NCBI GenBank assembly: GCA_029856105.1
Contig: JAHQWH010000189.1
Span: forward strand, 54,263-118,262
From: Promethearchaeia archaeon
GTDB lineage: Archaea; Asgardarchaeota; Lokiarchaeia; Sigyniarchaeales; SOKP01
Direction: 5' to 3'
DNA: 64,000 bases
A program made the translations under genes and the position numbers. Shown one piece after another: positions 9,821-19,556 of this stretch. The notes beneath the pieces are model-generated. The model saw nothing but the letters and a program-made list of their open reading frames with translations. It had not been told where the DNA came from and did no database searches. Every line of letters starts with the position of its first letter. Position 1 is the first letter of the stretch.

Positions 9821-10170
9821 AGTTACACCCGGTAATTTTGTCTTTGTAAAAGTAAGTATTTTAATTATTAATAAATATTTAAGTTTTTAAATAAATATCT
9901 TATCTAATTACTTTTTTAAATTTCTCTTCATTAGCTTTCAAAGTTAATTAGAATTTTCTCCAAAACCTAATTGTGAACCATCTATTTTATTCTTAATTAT
10001 ATCGATTGCTTTTTCGAGCGCAATAACAAGGGAAAACATTCCAAAATTAGTAGAAATATTGTTCTCTAATTAATTAGAGTAAAGTTGAAATGTAATATTT
10101 AAATTAAAAATAAAAGGAAAAGACTATAATATTAATAATAATAATAAAAATTTATTGAAGGTGTTGATAT

Positions 10171-10590
10171 ATCAGTCTAAGACAATACAATACGGAATTA
10201 GGATTGCTCATAGATAAGATTGTTAAAGTATATCTAGAAAAAGACAAATTCTTTGTTGGACAATTAAAAGGCGTTTCGGAAGATAGTAACCTGATTTTAA
10301 ATAATGTGAAAAATGAAAAAGGTAAAACATTCCCAAAAATGTTGATAAGAAGTAGTTACTATCATTTTGTAACGGTAGAAGAGGAGCCGTTCCCAATGCA
10401 AGCTTTGGCAAATAGAATTGCTACAATTTTTTCAAAAGGACATGTGAACTATATTGACGATCAAAATATTATATCCATTTTGAATGGTAAAATCATTGTA
10501 GATGAGAACGGAGTGAGAGGGACTGGTCCTTCTGCTGATCGCGTAAAGAAGATATACGATCAATTTAATCTTGATTTAGAAAAGGACTAA
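10171..10590 (+). CDS. SmAP3-type Lsm RNA-binding protein (Sm fold + C-terminal extension), probable ATC start
   Basis: Sm1/Sm2-like GQLKGV..SNLILNNV and C-terminal V.E.GV.G.GP.ADR typical of SmAP3; N-terminal helix SLRQYNTELGLL lies upstream of the called TTG (10204); AAGGTG 7 nt before ATC. Confidence 0.85.
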   Translation: MSLRQYNTELGLLIDKIVKVYLEKDKFFVGQLKGVSEDSNLILNNVKNEKGKTFPKMLIRSSYYHFVTVEEEPFPMQALANRIATIFSKGHVNYIDDQNIISILNGKIIVDENGVRGTGPSADRVKKIYDQFNLDLEKD

Positions 10591-10617
10591 TTAATATCCT
10601 TATTTTTTTAAATTTTT

Positions 10618-11139
10618 TTAAGTAGATTCTTTTCCTTTGAACGCGTTTAATAAGTTTTTTAGGTTTAAGTCTTGAATTATATTTTTCAAGATTGCTTTTC
10701 CTAATGGGGTAATTTTTATTATATCTAGATCTTCTATTTTTCTTAAATAATCATTTTCAATTAGGAACTCAACATCAGTTGCCCAGACTTCCTTAAAAAT
10801 ATCTTTTAGATCACTAATCTTTATGTTTTCATCTACTTCCTTGCTGAGGGCAAGTATCAAAGCCAAAGTACCATATTGAGAAGGTGTAATGCTGTCATCT
10901 TTACCCTCAGAGGTTAAAACGTAGAACTTTTGATCTAAAAAATTAGATTTTATAAATTCAAAACCAATTTTCTTTAAATTTAAATAAACTGTGCTTATAA
11001 TTTGTTCAAAATCGAAATTTATACTTAAATTCTGGAGATCTTCTTCTCTAATCATTTTTTGGGGGCTTGTTAAAATAATTTTAGTAATATTTTTTACTGC
11101 TTCTTCAAAATTTGTAATTTCCATATTTTTTCTTATCAA
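10618..11139 (-). CDS. Tandem winged-helix protein, KITE-like (ScpB/MukE/Nse1-Nse3-like)
   Basis: FEQIISTVYLNLKKIGFEFIK..FYVL, TPSQYGTLALILAL, VEFLIENDYLRK..IKITPLG; 4-bp overlap with the SMC-like gene. Confidence 0.55.
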   Translation of the reverse strand: MIRKNMEITNFEEAVKNITKIILTSPQKMIREEDLQNLSINFDFEQIISTVYLNLKKIGFEFIKSNFLDQKFYVLTSEGKDDSITPSQYGTLALILALSKEVDENIKISDLKDIFKEVWATDVEFLIENDYLRKIEDLDIIKITPLGKAILKNIIQDLNLKNLLNAFKGKEST

Positions 11140-12785
11140 CTCTCTTCAACTTTTAAAACTTTTAAATTCTCAATTTCTTTTTTTAATTCTAAATTTGACA
11201 TAAGAAAGATTAGTTTAAAATTAGTTAGATTATCATTATTTTCTAATATTGGTAATATTTTTCTAATAGTTCTGTAAATGGAACCACCTTTATTATAAAC
11301 ATTAGGAATGAATAAATTTGAAAACAAGATATTTTCAGATTTCATAAGGATTTTGATAGAGATGAAAAAAGCAATTATGAAATAAATTTTTTCGGGAGTT
11401 GTTAATCCTTCAAAATTGACTTTCTCTTTGTAATTTCGTTTAAATTTTGTTTGGATAAGAAAAGCCATGTTATCGTTGCTAACTACGAGCTGATATATAA
11501 TTTCTAGATGAATTTCTTTTAAGAAGCTATTCAATAAAATTTCAAGATCGTTAATAATAATCTCAAAATTCTTAAAATTTTCAAAGCTTTTAGCAACTTC
11601 TTTTTCATTAGTAGAAATAATGATTTTATCACTACCAATTTTCAAAATATTATCAAACTCTCTCAATTTTTCAATTATTAGAGTTAAGTCGCTCAAATTA
11701 TGAACATTAAATGAATCTTCTGGAATCGAAATTTTATCTAACTCCGAGGTCGTTTTTCCAATCTCATCTTCAATCTCCACGGATGGTCGTACGGGTTTTA
11801 ACATTAAATTTTCAGGTTCTTCCTCTGGAGAGTCTGTATTTGTTTTTTTGTTTTTTTCGTAATTAGATTTTACTTCCTTTATTCTTTTTTCGTCCTTTTT
11901 TATTGTTTCTAAGAGTTCCTCATAATCATTTTTATATATTTCATAATGAGGAGTAAGATTTTCTTGTTTCACTTTAGTTTCATTTGTTCTTGATCGAATT
12001 TGTTTAATTTCGTATTGAGCTTCTTTCGCTTTTTTCTGAAGAGCTCGTATCTTTTCGGCGTTAGTAAGATTTACATTAATTCCTAATTTCGCAATTGAGT
12101 CGTTGTTTTTTTCATTTAAAGAACCCTCGATTTGTCGCGTAATTCTATTAATTTGATTAAAGCATTCTTTTTTAGTTTCGTTTAGATCTCGAATCTGTAG
12201 ATCATAATTTCTTAATTCTTTTTTTATTTGATCGATCTGGTTTTTTTGCTGAAAGTAATCCTCTTCTAAATAATTCAATTCTTTCCTATTTTTTATTATA
12301 GCCTCATTTAATTTTTTAATTAAGTCAATAATTGATGCTAGATCGCTTGATTTTTTGTAAAGTTTTGATAATTCTAATTCTTCAGATAACTGATTCTTTT
12401 TTTGCGTTAAGAAGATATATCTGAAAATTTTCAATAATATTTCAGTAAGCGAGTTAAAGTCAGAAAAAGTTTCTAAATTATATTCCATAATTTTGCGATA
12501 GTTAGATAAATAATCCAATATATTTAGAGATTTATCTAAGTTAGAAAAATTAATGTTTTGGTTTTGAAAAAGATTAATAAATTTTTTAACAGGGATTAAC
12601 TCTAAATTTTCGATAATTTCTAAGAAATCTTTATTCTTATATTGATTTAGAGCATCTTTTTTGAATTTACCAAGAATTAATGTAAATCTATCTTCTATTA
12701 ATATTTCTTTCGTTCCAACTGAAAGCTTAAAATTATTTAGACTAATAGGTAAATTCACTCCTGATTCTTTTTTAATCAGATTCAA
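11136..12785 (-). CDS. SMC/Rad50-like coiled-coil protein with degenerate ABC head
   Basis: N-terminal ISLNNFK...FTLILG without Walker A; long central coiled coil; C-terminal GLTTPEK..IIAFFISI at the signature position and ILFSN at Walker B. Confidence 0.65.
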   Translation of the reverse strand: MNLIKKESGVNLPISLNNFKLSVGTKEILIEDRFTLILGKFKKDALNQYKNKDFLEIIENLELIPVKKFINLFQNQNINFSNLDKSLNILDYLSNYRKIMEYNLETFSDFNSLTEILLKIFRYIFLTQKKNQLSEELELSKLYKKSSDLASIIDLIKKLNEAIIKNRKELNYLEEDYFQQKNQIDQIKKELRNYDLQIRDLNETKKECFNQINRITRQIEGSLNEKNNDSIAKLGINVNLTNAEKIRALQKKAKEAQYEIKQIRSRTNETKVKQENLTPHYEIYKNDYEELLETIKKDEKRIKEVKSNYEKNKKTNTDSPEEEPENLMLKPVRPSVEIEDEIGKTTSELDKISIPEDSFNVHNLSDLTLIIEKLREFDNILKIGSDKIIISTNEKEVAKSFENFKNFEIIINDLEILLNSFLKEIHLEIIYQLVVSNDNMAFLIQTKFKRNYKEKVNFEGLTTPEKIYFIIAFFISIKILMKSENILFSNLFIPNVYNKGGSIYRTIRKILPILENNDNLTNFKLIFLMSNLELKKEIENLKVLKVEES

Positions 12786-13809
12786 AATGATTTTTGAATT
12801 CTTTGTATTCTTTTTCTTTTTTTTTCTTTCTTTCTCTGATTAATTCGATAGGGTCTTTATCATTATCTTTTTGATTCAAATAATTTTCCTTAAAATTTTT
12901 ATCAAATTGCAATTTAAACTTTTGAATTTTCTCTGAAACTTCTTCTGAAAGTTCTAATTTCTTTTGATTTCCATTTACGATCACATCAGTTAATTTTTCA
13001 CGCTTTTTTTTTCGTTCTCTTCTTTCAAATTCTTTATCTGAGAATTTCAAGTAGTTTGTATAGGTTTCTGTTTGTTCTTCTTGTTTTTTTTTTAATTCTT
13101 CAATTTCACGTTTTTCTTTTCTTTTATTTACAAATTTTTTTTTTGCTAATAATTCTTCTTCCGTTAGTTTATTCTCAACAGTTTGTAAGAAATCTTCATA
13201 AGTTAACTCATGATTTAAATAGAATTGTTGTTCAAATTCTTTAATTAAAGAAGAATCTATACTGTCAGGAAATCTACTTAATTCGTCTTTTAATCTTTTA
13301 TCTATTAAATTACTATAATATTTTTTTAATTGTTCGACAGAACTTAAAAAGAGAGAATTTCGGTTTAGAGCATCTATTAATTCTAACCATTGATTTATTC
13401 CAATGGAAGAAATATAAGATGTTTGACTAATAATTTTACTAATTTTTCTATTTTCAATTAAATCTAAACCAATAATTCTAGTATTAATTTCATTTAAACT
13501 AATTAGCTTTAGATGCTCTTTAAAGTCATTTTTGTATTTATTAAGAAGTTTGTTTTGTAGGTCTAGAAATCTATTTATGTTATTGTTTGAGATCTTTTCT
13601 AAGTTTTGGTAGATATTACTTAGAAAATTTGTTAATTCGTTTAATTGATTACTAAACGATTCATCGTCGAAATATTGGGATATTAATCGTTTTTCTTCTT
13701 CTAATTTCTCAGCGATATTAGTTATTTGGTTAACTTTTCCTTGAAGATTTTCTATGGGAGATGTATAATCTCTAATTTTTTCGAGGTTAAATAATTGATT
13801 TTTCATCAT
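12772..13809 (-). CDS. Hypothetical helical/coiled-coil protein with highly charged C-terminus
   Basis: 345-aa ORF in operon; E/K-rich helical composition. Confidence 0.75.
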   Translation of the reverse strand: MMKNQLFNLEKIRDYTSPIENLQGKVNQITNIAEKLEEEKRLISQYFDDESFSNQLNELTNFLSNIYQNLEKISNNNINRFLDLQNKLLNKYKNDFKEHLKLISLNEINTRIIGLDLIENRKISKIISQTSYISSIGINQWLELIDALNRNSLFLSSVEQLKKYYSNLIDKRLKDELSRFPDSIDSSLIKEFEQQFYLNHELTYEDFLQTVENKLTEEELLAKKKFVNKRKEKREIEELKKKQEEQTETYTNYLKFSDKEFERRERKKKREKLTDVIVNGNQKKLELSEEVSEKIQKFKLQFDKNFKENYLNQKDNDKDPIELIRERKKKKEKEYKEFKNHFESD

Positions 13810-13856
13810 TTTTAGCTAAAAATTATATTTCGAAATTAGTATCTTCTAATACGTTA

Positions 13857-14975
13857 TTATATCTCTGGAGGACTAAATAATTTTTTATTATTATTTTCAG
13901 TTCTTTTCGTTCCTGTATAACTTTTATTCGGATTGCTTAAAACATCTTGTCTCTCAACATGAATTGCAGTGCCTCCAACTAATTTTAATGAATTGTAAAA
14001 ATGTTCATAAGTTAAACGTTCTGAATCAATAGCCTTCAATAAAGATACTTTCGTACCCCTTTCGATATCTGAGCCAGAATATCCAATAGTTAATTCGAGG
14101 AAGCCCTTTGCTTTGCTCTTTTTGTTGAGTTCATCCCATAATATATCATCTTTGAACTCAGTGATGGTATAACCTAATTTACTTTCTAAACTTATTGTAA
14201 TTGCCTTAAGTCTTTCGTATTCGTCATTTAAATTAGCTAAAATCGATTTATCAACCCCAATTTTTGCATTTTCTACCTTATTAAGGAAAGATTCAATGAT
14301 CTGCTTTCTTACATGAAAATCGGGGAATTCAAAGCTAAAATGAAAGGTAAATCGTCTCCAAATAGCTGAATCTAATTGGTTTTGATGATTTGTTGCCCCA
14401 AATATAGCTAAAGGTACGCCTTGATAATTTATTCTATCGATTGCTTGTAAAAATGATATAACCGCGCGTTTAATTTCACCAACTTCGTGAATGTTAGATC
14501 TTTCAGAACCAATAGAATCAATTTCATCGAAAAATAATATAAAAGCACCTCTTTCTTTCGCGATTTCAGCTGCTAAATCCACAACATTTCTAATTTGTTT
14601 AATTGTATCTCCTAATAATGGTGATACCAATCTATCAGTTTCTACTACACATATTGGAATTTCATAATGCTTTGCAAATCCTCTCGTAAGGGAAGTTTTA
14701 CCTGTGCCTGGAGGGCCATATAAAAGAACTGTTAAGCTGGGATTAAGTTTTGCTCCTTTTAACTGTTCCGTAAATTCATTATATTTTTTTAAAGCTTTGA
14801 AAAAATCATGTAATATTTCTTTTTTAACCTCGTTTCCTAAAATAGCGTCAATATTATCTTGAATGTCGAAAGGAAAATACACTGCTCCATATTTACCCAT
14901 CCTGTTTTTAATTACCTCGTCGGTATATGTTTTTATTTCTTCCACTTCTTCATTTGAATTGCTAATTTTTCTCAT
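13857..14975 (-). CDS. AAA+ ATPase (classic clade, single domain)
   Basis: YGPPGTGKT, ILFFDEID, GATNH..LDSAIWRRF, GYSGSDIE. Confidence 0.93.
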   Translation of the reverse strand: MRKISNSNEEVEEIKTYTDEVIKNRMGKYGAVYFPFDIQDNIDAILGNEVKKEILHDFFKALKKYNEFTEQLKGAKLNPSLTVLLYGPPGTGKTSLTRGFAKHYEIPICVVETDRLVSPLLGDTIKQIRNVVDLAAEIAKERGAFILFFDEIDSIGSERSNIHEVGEIKRAVISFLQAIDRINYQGVPLAIFGATNHQNQLDSAIWRRFTFHFSFEFPDFHVRKQIIESFLNKVENAKIGVDKSILANLNDEYERLKAITISLESKLGYTITEFKDDILWDELNKKSKAKGFLELTIGYSGSDIERGTKVSLLKAIDSERLTYEHFYNSLKLVGGTAIHVERQDVLSNPNKSYTGTKRTENNNKKLFSPPEI

Positions 14976-14991
14976 CTCATTTTATTGTAAT

Positions 14992-16308
14992 TTAATTATT
15001 TTTTCTTTCTTTATCAAATTTTTCACAATAATCTGCTATTTCATTAATAAATTCTTTAAGATTATCAATTTGAGAACCAATAAAGTTAAAAATTTCTTTT
15101 CTATATTGAGGGGAATCTCTTATCTTTAGTTTATCTAAACCTAAATAATTAGGAAAACATACGAGTTTCATTAAATAAGGTAGAACTTTCTCATTTGTTT
15201 GTAAATCTTTGAATATTGGATAAAAAATATTTTGATCAGATAATTTCCATTTTAAAATTCCCATGTAAATTAGAAAGGCAAAATTCATTGAAATCCAATT
15301 TATCAATTCTTTTGATAAAAATCCTCTCCTTTGTGAAGCTAACGCTAAATAATACAAAATTAAAGTTTCATTGCTCAATTTTGGTAATAATCTTATTTTT
15401 TCATCGGATTGTTTATTCTCACGTATGAAATTATTTTCTAGCATTATATCTACTAAATCTTCTTTTGGTGCAATGAAGATTTCGTCAATAACACGGAGTC
15501 CAATGCGCTCGGCAATTTGGTTTATAGCTTCTTCCTCAGCATTAGCGATTGAATCAATATATGGGTTAAAAACTTCAGTTTTTAATATCATAGGAAGTTC
15601 TTGATTACCTCTTTCAGGGAATTCTCCAAAATTTGGATCTAAATTGTAAAGAGAAGTTATATTGTTGATTAATTGATAAACTTTTGGAGACATACCAGGA
15701 ATTTCAAAAAAATCTGATCGTTCTAATTTTTCCCGATAATAAGTATGGGGTTGGAGTATATGTCGTTGGCACTCATATAAATCCGAAGAGTATTTTAGTA
15801 ATTTGTTATAAATAATCATTATATTTCTTCCTCGGGAAAATAATCTTTCTTCTATGAACTTCGTTAAAACATATAAAAATGTTTTTTCTAAACTTGATTC
15901 GTCTGGATTGGTAATATGCCGTAAAACATTCAATGCACCAATGGATTCGTACAAAAATTCAATGATATAATCTTTTATATCAATTATTGGAATGGTTTCC
16001 CTATACTTCAATATAAAATCTTTAATTATATCATAAACATTTGATCTATACATCGTATAAAATTCTGATAACGCTCTTACTTTTCGGATATTTCTTTTTT
16101 CTTCTTCTTGGCGAATTTTATCCAGGATTTCAATATCTAGTAGTAAGTCAGCGTCTAATTCGATAATTTTTCTCCTTGTTTCTCTAAGAATTGGGCGCAT
16201 ATGACTTATAAAAGTTAAATATCTAGGTAGAATATCAGTCCACTTCTCCCTTTTTCTACCTGATTTTACCATTCTAGTAGATTTTTTTTTGTAACTCATA
16301 GTTTTCAC
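14992..16308 (-). CDS. Hypothetical protein (438 aa) in operon
   Basis: Long ORF, 16-18 bp spacing to neighbours, no recognised motif. Confidence 0.8.
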   Translation of the reverse strand: MKTMSYKKKSTRMVKSGRKREKWTDILPRYLTFISHMRPILRETRRKIIELDADLLLDIEILDKIRQEEEKRNIRKVRALSEFYTMYRSNVYDIIKDFILKYRETIPIIDIKDYIIEFLYESIGALNVLRHITNPDESSLEKTFLYVLTKFIEERLFSRGRNIMIIYNKLLKYSSDLYECQRHILQPHTYYREKLERSDFFEIPGMSPKVYQLINNITSLYNLDPNFGEFPERGNQELPMILKTEVFNPYIDSIANAEEEAINQIAERIGLRVIDEIFIAPKEDLVDIMLENNFIRENKQSDEKIRLLPKLSNETLILYYLALASQRRGFLSKELINWISMNFAFLIYMGILKWKLSDQNIFYPIFKDLQTNEKVLPYLMKLVCFPNYLGLDKLKIRDSPQYRKEIFNFIGSQIDNLKEFINEIADYCEKFDKERKNN

Positions 16309-16326
16309 TCTTTTTTTTTAACTATA

Positions 16327-17475
16327 TTAACTTTCATCGTATCCTACTACTATTTCCGTGAATATATTAGCGATCTCCACGAAAATTGGTATTTCTACAC
16401 GCACCAACTCTCCGAGAATCCACTTGTTTACATCTTTCAACAAGAAACGTATCTGATTCATTATTTTTTTATTAATTTCTGAGTCTATTATTTTGGTTAA
16501 CCATAAACCTCCTCCTAACCTATAAGCAATAATTTTTATTAATGGTTCAAAAAGAGGGTCTAAGACTTGTCTCATCATCCACGATTTTGGAATAACACTC
16601 ATATTATCTTCGTTAAAATTAGGATCGTTGAGAATGGGGTTCGTCTCATCAACAGATAATTTTGGCATAAAGCTTAATAATAGAATTAAAGCAAATATAG
16701 CAGAGATGCCGTTTATTGTATAAGAGCCCCCAATCTTCTTAATATCGTCTCTATTTATTGAAACATTAGCTAAAAACATACAAATAAAAACATTTCTGTC
16801 GAAGGCATCAGACACATAAGCATAACCTAATTCCTCATCAATTATTAAATATTTTTCTTCAAGGATTTCAATAATATCATCTGGAAATGTGTAAAAAGTG
16901 TAAACTTTCTCTTCACTTCTTCTAACATCCTTTTTTACAACTAACTCTTTTGAAACCAAACCAAACATTTTAACAAGTTCTTCAAGTTGGTTTTTTATGT
17001 AATGACGAGGTTTATTTGGATCACCAAACATAGCATAAAATTGATGATCTATAATATTAAAATCATTTCTTTTACTAAAGGCTTCTACCATCCTATTTAT
17101 TATGGGGCCTTGTGTTCCTGAAGCGATTGCTTTCGCTTTTGATGTTACAAATCCATTTAATAACTCGTTTATAATAAAATCTTGTTCATGACTTCTAGAT
17201 TTTAATATTTTATCAAAAGCTTCAGAAAAAATTTTTGTATTTGGAAAAAATGCGTTTTGAATTTTATCATTTATTGATTTTATAAAAATATCTCCATTAT
17301 TCTTTGGAAAGTGGAGCTTCATATTATTCAGTCTTTGTACTAGAGCCTCTTTTGCCCCTGGAATGTTTTCCGCATCTCTTTTTTCCAATTCATCGATTGC
17401 TTTTTCTAACCCTTTATTAAATTGCTGAAGTAATTCTTTCCAAGTAGGATTTTGAATTTCTGCCATTTTTTTCAC
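16327..17475 (-). CDS. Hypothetical protein (382 aa), possible central winged helix
   Basis: Long ORF; YIKNQLEELVKMFGLVSK...YTFYTF resembles a wHTH recognition helix and wing. Confidence 0.75.
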   Translation of the reverse strand: MKKMAEIQNPTWKELLQQFNKGLEKAIDELEKRDAENIPGAKEALVQRLNNMKLHFPKNNGDIFIKSINDKIQNAFFPNTKIFSEAFDKILKSRSHEQDFIINELLNGFVTSKAKAIASGTQGPIINRMVEAFSKRNDFNIIDHQFYAMFGDPNKPRHYIKNQLEELVKMFGLVSKELVVKKDVRRSEEKVYTFYTFPDDIIEILEEKYLIIDEELGYAYVSDAFDRNVFICMFLANVSINRDDIKKIGGSYTINGISAIFALILLLSFMPKLSVDETNPILNDPNFNEDNMSVIPKSWMMRQVLDPLFEPLIKIIAYRLGGGLWLTKIIDSEINKKIMNQIRFLLKDVNKWILGELVRVEIPIFVEIANIFTEIVVGYDES

Positions 17476-17499
17476 TATAGATTATAATTATTTTAAAAT

Positions 17500-18453
17500 T
17501 TACCATTTTAATTCTGCTACAATTTTCTTTAAGGCATCAATTAATGGATTTAAAAGTTTTTTATCATAAAGGTTCGGAGAACTTACGCCTCTTTGGGCTT
17601 TCCAACCCATTTGTGTTCCCCCTCCCATTTCTCTTTTTCCATATTTTAGAATATTGCTTAGGTCTCGCATCCACCAATAAAATCTTAACCATTTTTTATT
17701 TGGATTATCTTTAGAATGAATAACTGCCAAAGCTTTCCATTCTCCCATTAACCACTTTACTGTAATACCGCTTACAGGTAAATAATAATTAATAGGAAAA
17801 TTAGTTTGAAAACTTAAATCGAGATCTTTAGAAATTATATTAAAGATTGGCTGGTTAAACCCTTCTAATATGACAATTTCTCCACAATGTTGACATTCAT
17901 AATGAGATTTCATTTTTTTCATTTTTTTTTGACATTTTGGGCATGTCCTGTTTTCAATAATTCTATATTTAATAATGTCTAAGTTTTTTTCTTTTTCTAA
18001 GGTTTCTTTTGTTTTAGGTTCTCGCTTTCCGTACTTTCCTTTCCAAGTCCATATCTCGTCGAAAGAGTCATCAATTTTTTCTAATGCGGAAATAAAGTTT
18101 TTCAGAACATCCTTATCATAAATTTTAAACATCCCCGCATGTTGATAACTTTTCCACCAAGAAAGTCTTACGTATTTCTCATTCTTTAAGTAAGCACTAT
18201 GACAAATCAAGACGGCGAATAAACGAGTATCACCCTTATTTATCACAATCCCTTTTTCTGCTATTTCATATTGTTTGTTTAAACTTACATTTTTATGAAA
18301 CCACTCTCCATCTAGAAAAGTTCCTATAGGGGATTCTTCTTTTATTTTTTCTACATCTATACTTTTTTCCTTAATGATTTTCTTACATTGTGGGCATTGA
18401 AAAATTCCCGTAATTAAGGGTTCCATTTCAACATTGCATGCAGAACATTTCAT
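17500..18453 (-). CDS. Duplicated [Zn ribbon + PC4-like] putative nucleic-acid-binding protein
   Basis: Two CxxC...CxxC ribbons, each followed by a similar unit (KYVRLSWWK...IYDKDVLKNFISALEKI and KWLRFYWW...LYDKKLLNPLIDALKKI). Confidence 0.7.
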   Translation of the reverse strand: MKCSACNVEMEPLITGIFQCPQCKKIIKEKSIDVEKIKEESPIGTFLDGEWFHKNVSLNKQYEIAEKGIVINKGDTRLFAVLICHSAYLKNEKYVRLSWWKSYQHAGMFKIYDKDVLKNFISALEKIDDSFDEIWTWKGKYGKREPKTKETLEKEKNLDIIKYRIIENRTCPKCQKKMKKMKSHYECQHCGEIVILEGFNQPIFNIISKDLDLSFQTNFPINYYLPVSGITVKWLMGEWKALAVIHSKDNPNKKWLRFYWWMRDLSNILKYGKREMGGGTQMGWKAQRGVSSPNLYDKKLLNPLIDALKKIVAELKW

Positions 18454-18455
18454 AT

Positions 18456-19556
18456 TTAGTCATCATTACTGGTTATAATATATCTTTCGTAATCTAAATT
18501 TAATAATTTTAATTCTTTCTTTGTAAATCTTGTAATCTTACTATTAATTTTTACCACATCTTCTCTAAGATCAATTAAAGCATTTTGAATATTATTTACA
18601 ATATTTTCTTCGTTAAAAGAAACTTTCTCGATGAATTCAAGATAATTGTACTTTTTTCCTTTTCCTGAATAATATAATTTAATTTCTGATAATTCAGTTT
18701 CAATTTGTTTCAATTGATATCTATATTTTAATAAAGATAATAAATTAGAATTCCAATTTTTAAAGATTGGATTTTCTTTATCAATTCCATCGTAATTAAA
18801 TTTCTCTGGAAGCTCTACTTTTTCATCTTTAAGAAATTGGATAATATCTTTATTTTCTTCAATAGCTTTATTTATTTTTCTAAAAACGATTTTATTTTTC
18901 AATTTAGGCTCAAAAATTTCAATAAATTCATCAATTTTGTCCTTAATCTCCAAAAATCTTTGGTAAAACCCTTCGACTGTAATCTCAATTTTAATAGCTT
19001 GAAAAATATTTCCATACTGGTCTAAAATATAATAAAGATCATCTGATATTTTAAAATCATGATCACCTATTTCAAAAACAAATGGGTGGATAATGTTACC
19101 TTTTTCGCATCTAACTCCTTTTAATTTATTTAAAGCCAGATTAAAATTCCGCTTGGTTAGAAACTTAAATTTTTTATTTATTAGTAAAAATAGTGTATGA
19201 TCTGGTACTGAAATTGTATTATTTTCTATCGTTACTGTCTCTTCTCCTAACCGGATTATAAAATCACCGTCTTTTTGTTCAAATTCTCTTATACTTCGTA
19301 TATTTTTAATTAAACCTAAATCAATCGCAATTTCAATAAATTCTTTACTCCAAAAGCTTATAATATTATCTTTATATATCTCATCTAATATTAGGACTCT
19401 CTCATATGATTTTATGAGTTCTTGATTACTAAAATCCTTGAATAAATCATTTCTGATGACATATAAAAACAAAATGATATATCTCATATCAATGTCGTCA
19501 AGAACTGTCTCTATCAAGTTCTTATCGTGATCCATCGACAAACCCGTATGTTCCAT
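18456..19556 (-). CDS. Hypothetical protein (366 aa), wHTH-like N-half + helical bundle; first gene of operon
   Basis: Long ORF, 2-bp gap to next gene; LTKRNFNLALNKL...FKISDD wHTH-like segment followed by coiled helices. Confidence 0.75.
   Translation of the reverse strand: MEHTGLSMDHDKNLIETVLDDIDMRYIILFLYVIRNDLFKDFSNQELIKSYERVLILDEIYKDNIISFWSKEFIEIAIDLGLIKNIRSIREFEQKDGDFIIRLGEETVTIENNTISVPDHTLFLLINKKFKFLTKRNFNLALNKLKGVRCEKGNIIHPFVFEIGDHDFKISDDLYYILDQYGNIFQAIKIEITVEGFYQRFLEIKDKIDEFIEIFEPKLKNKIVFRKINKAIEENKDIIQFLKDEKVELPEKFNYDGIDKENPIFKNWNSNLLSLLKYRYQLKQIETELSEIKLYYSGKGKKYNYLEFIEKVSFNEENIVNNIQNALIDLREDVVKINSKITRFTKKELKLLNLDYERYIITSNDD

Noticed and set aside
9944-10039. 31-codon minus-strand ORF upstream of the DUF885-like gene (likewise a 34-codon ORF near 23623-23727)
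   Set aside because: No motif or other support; could be gene remnants but cannot be called.
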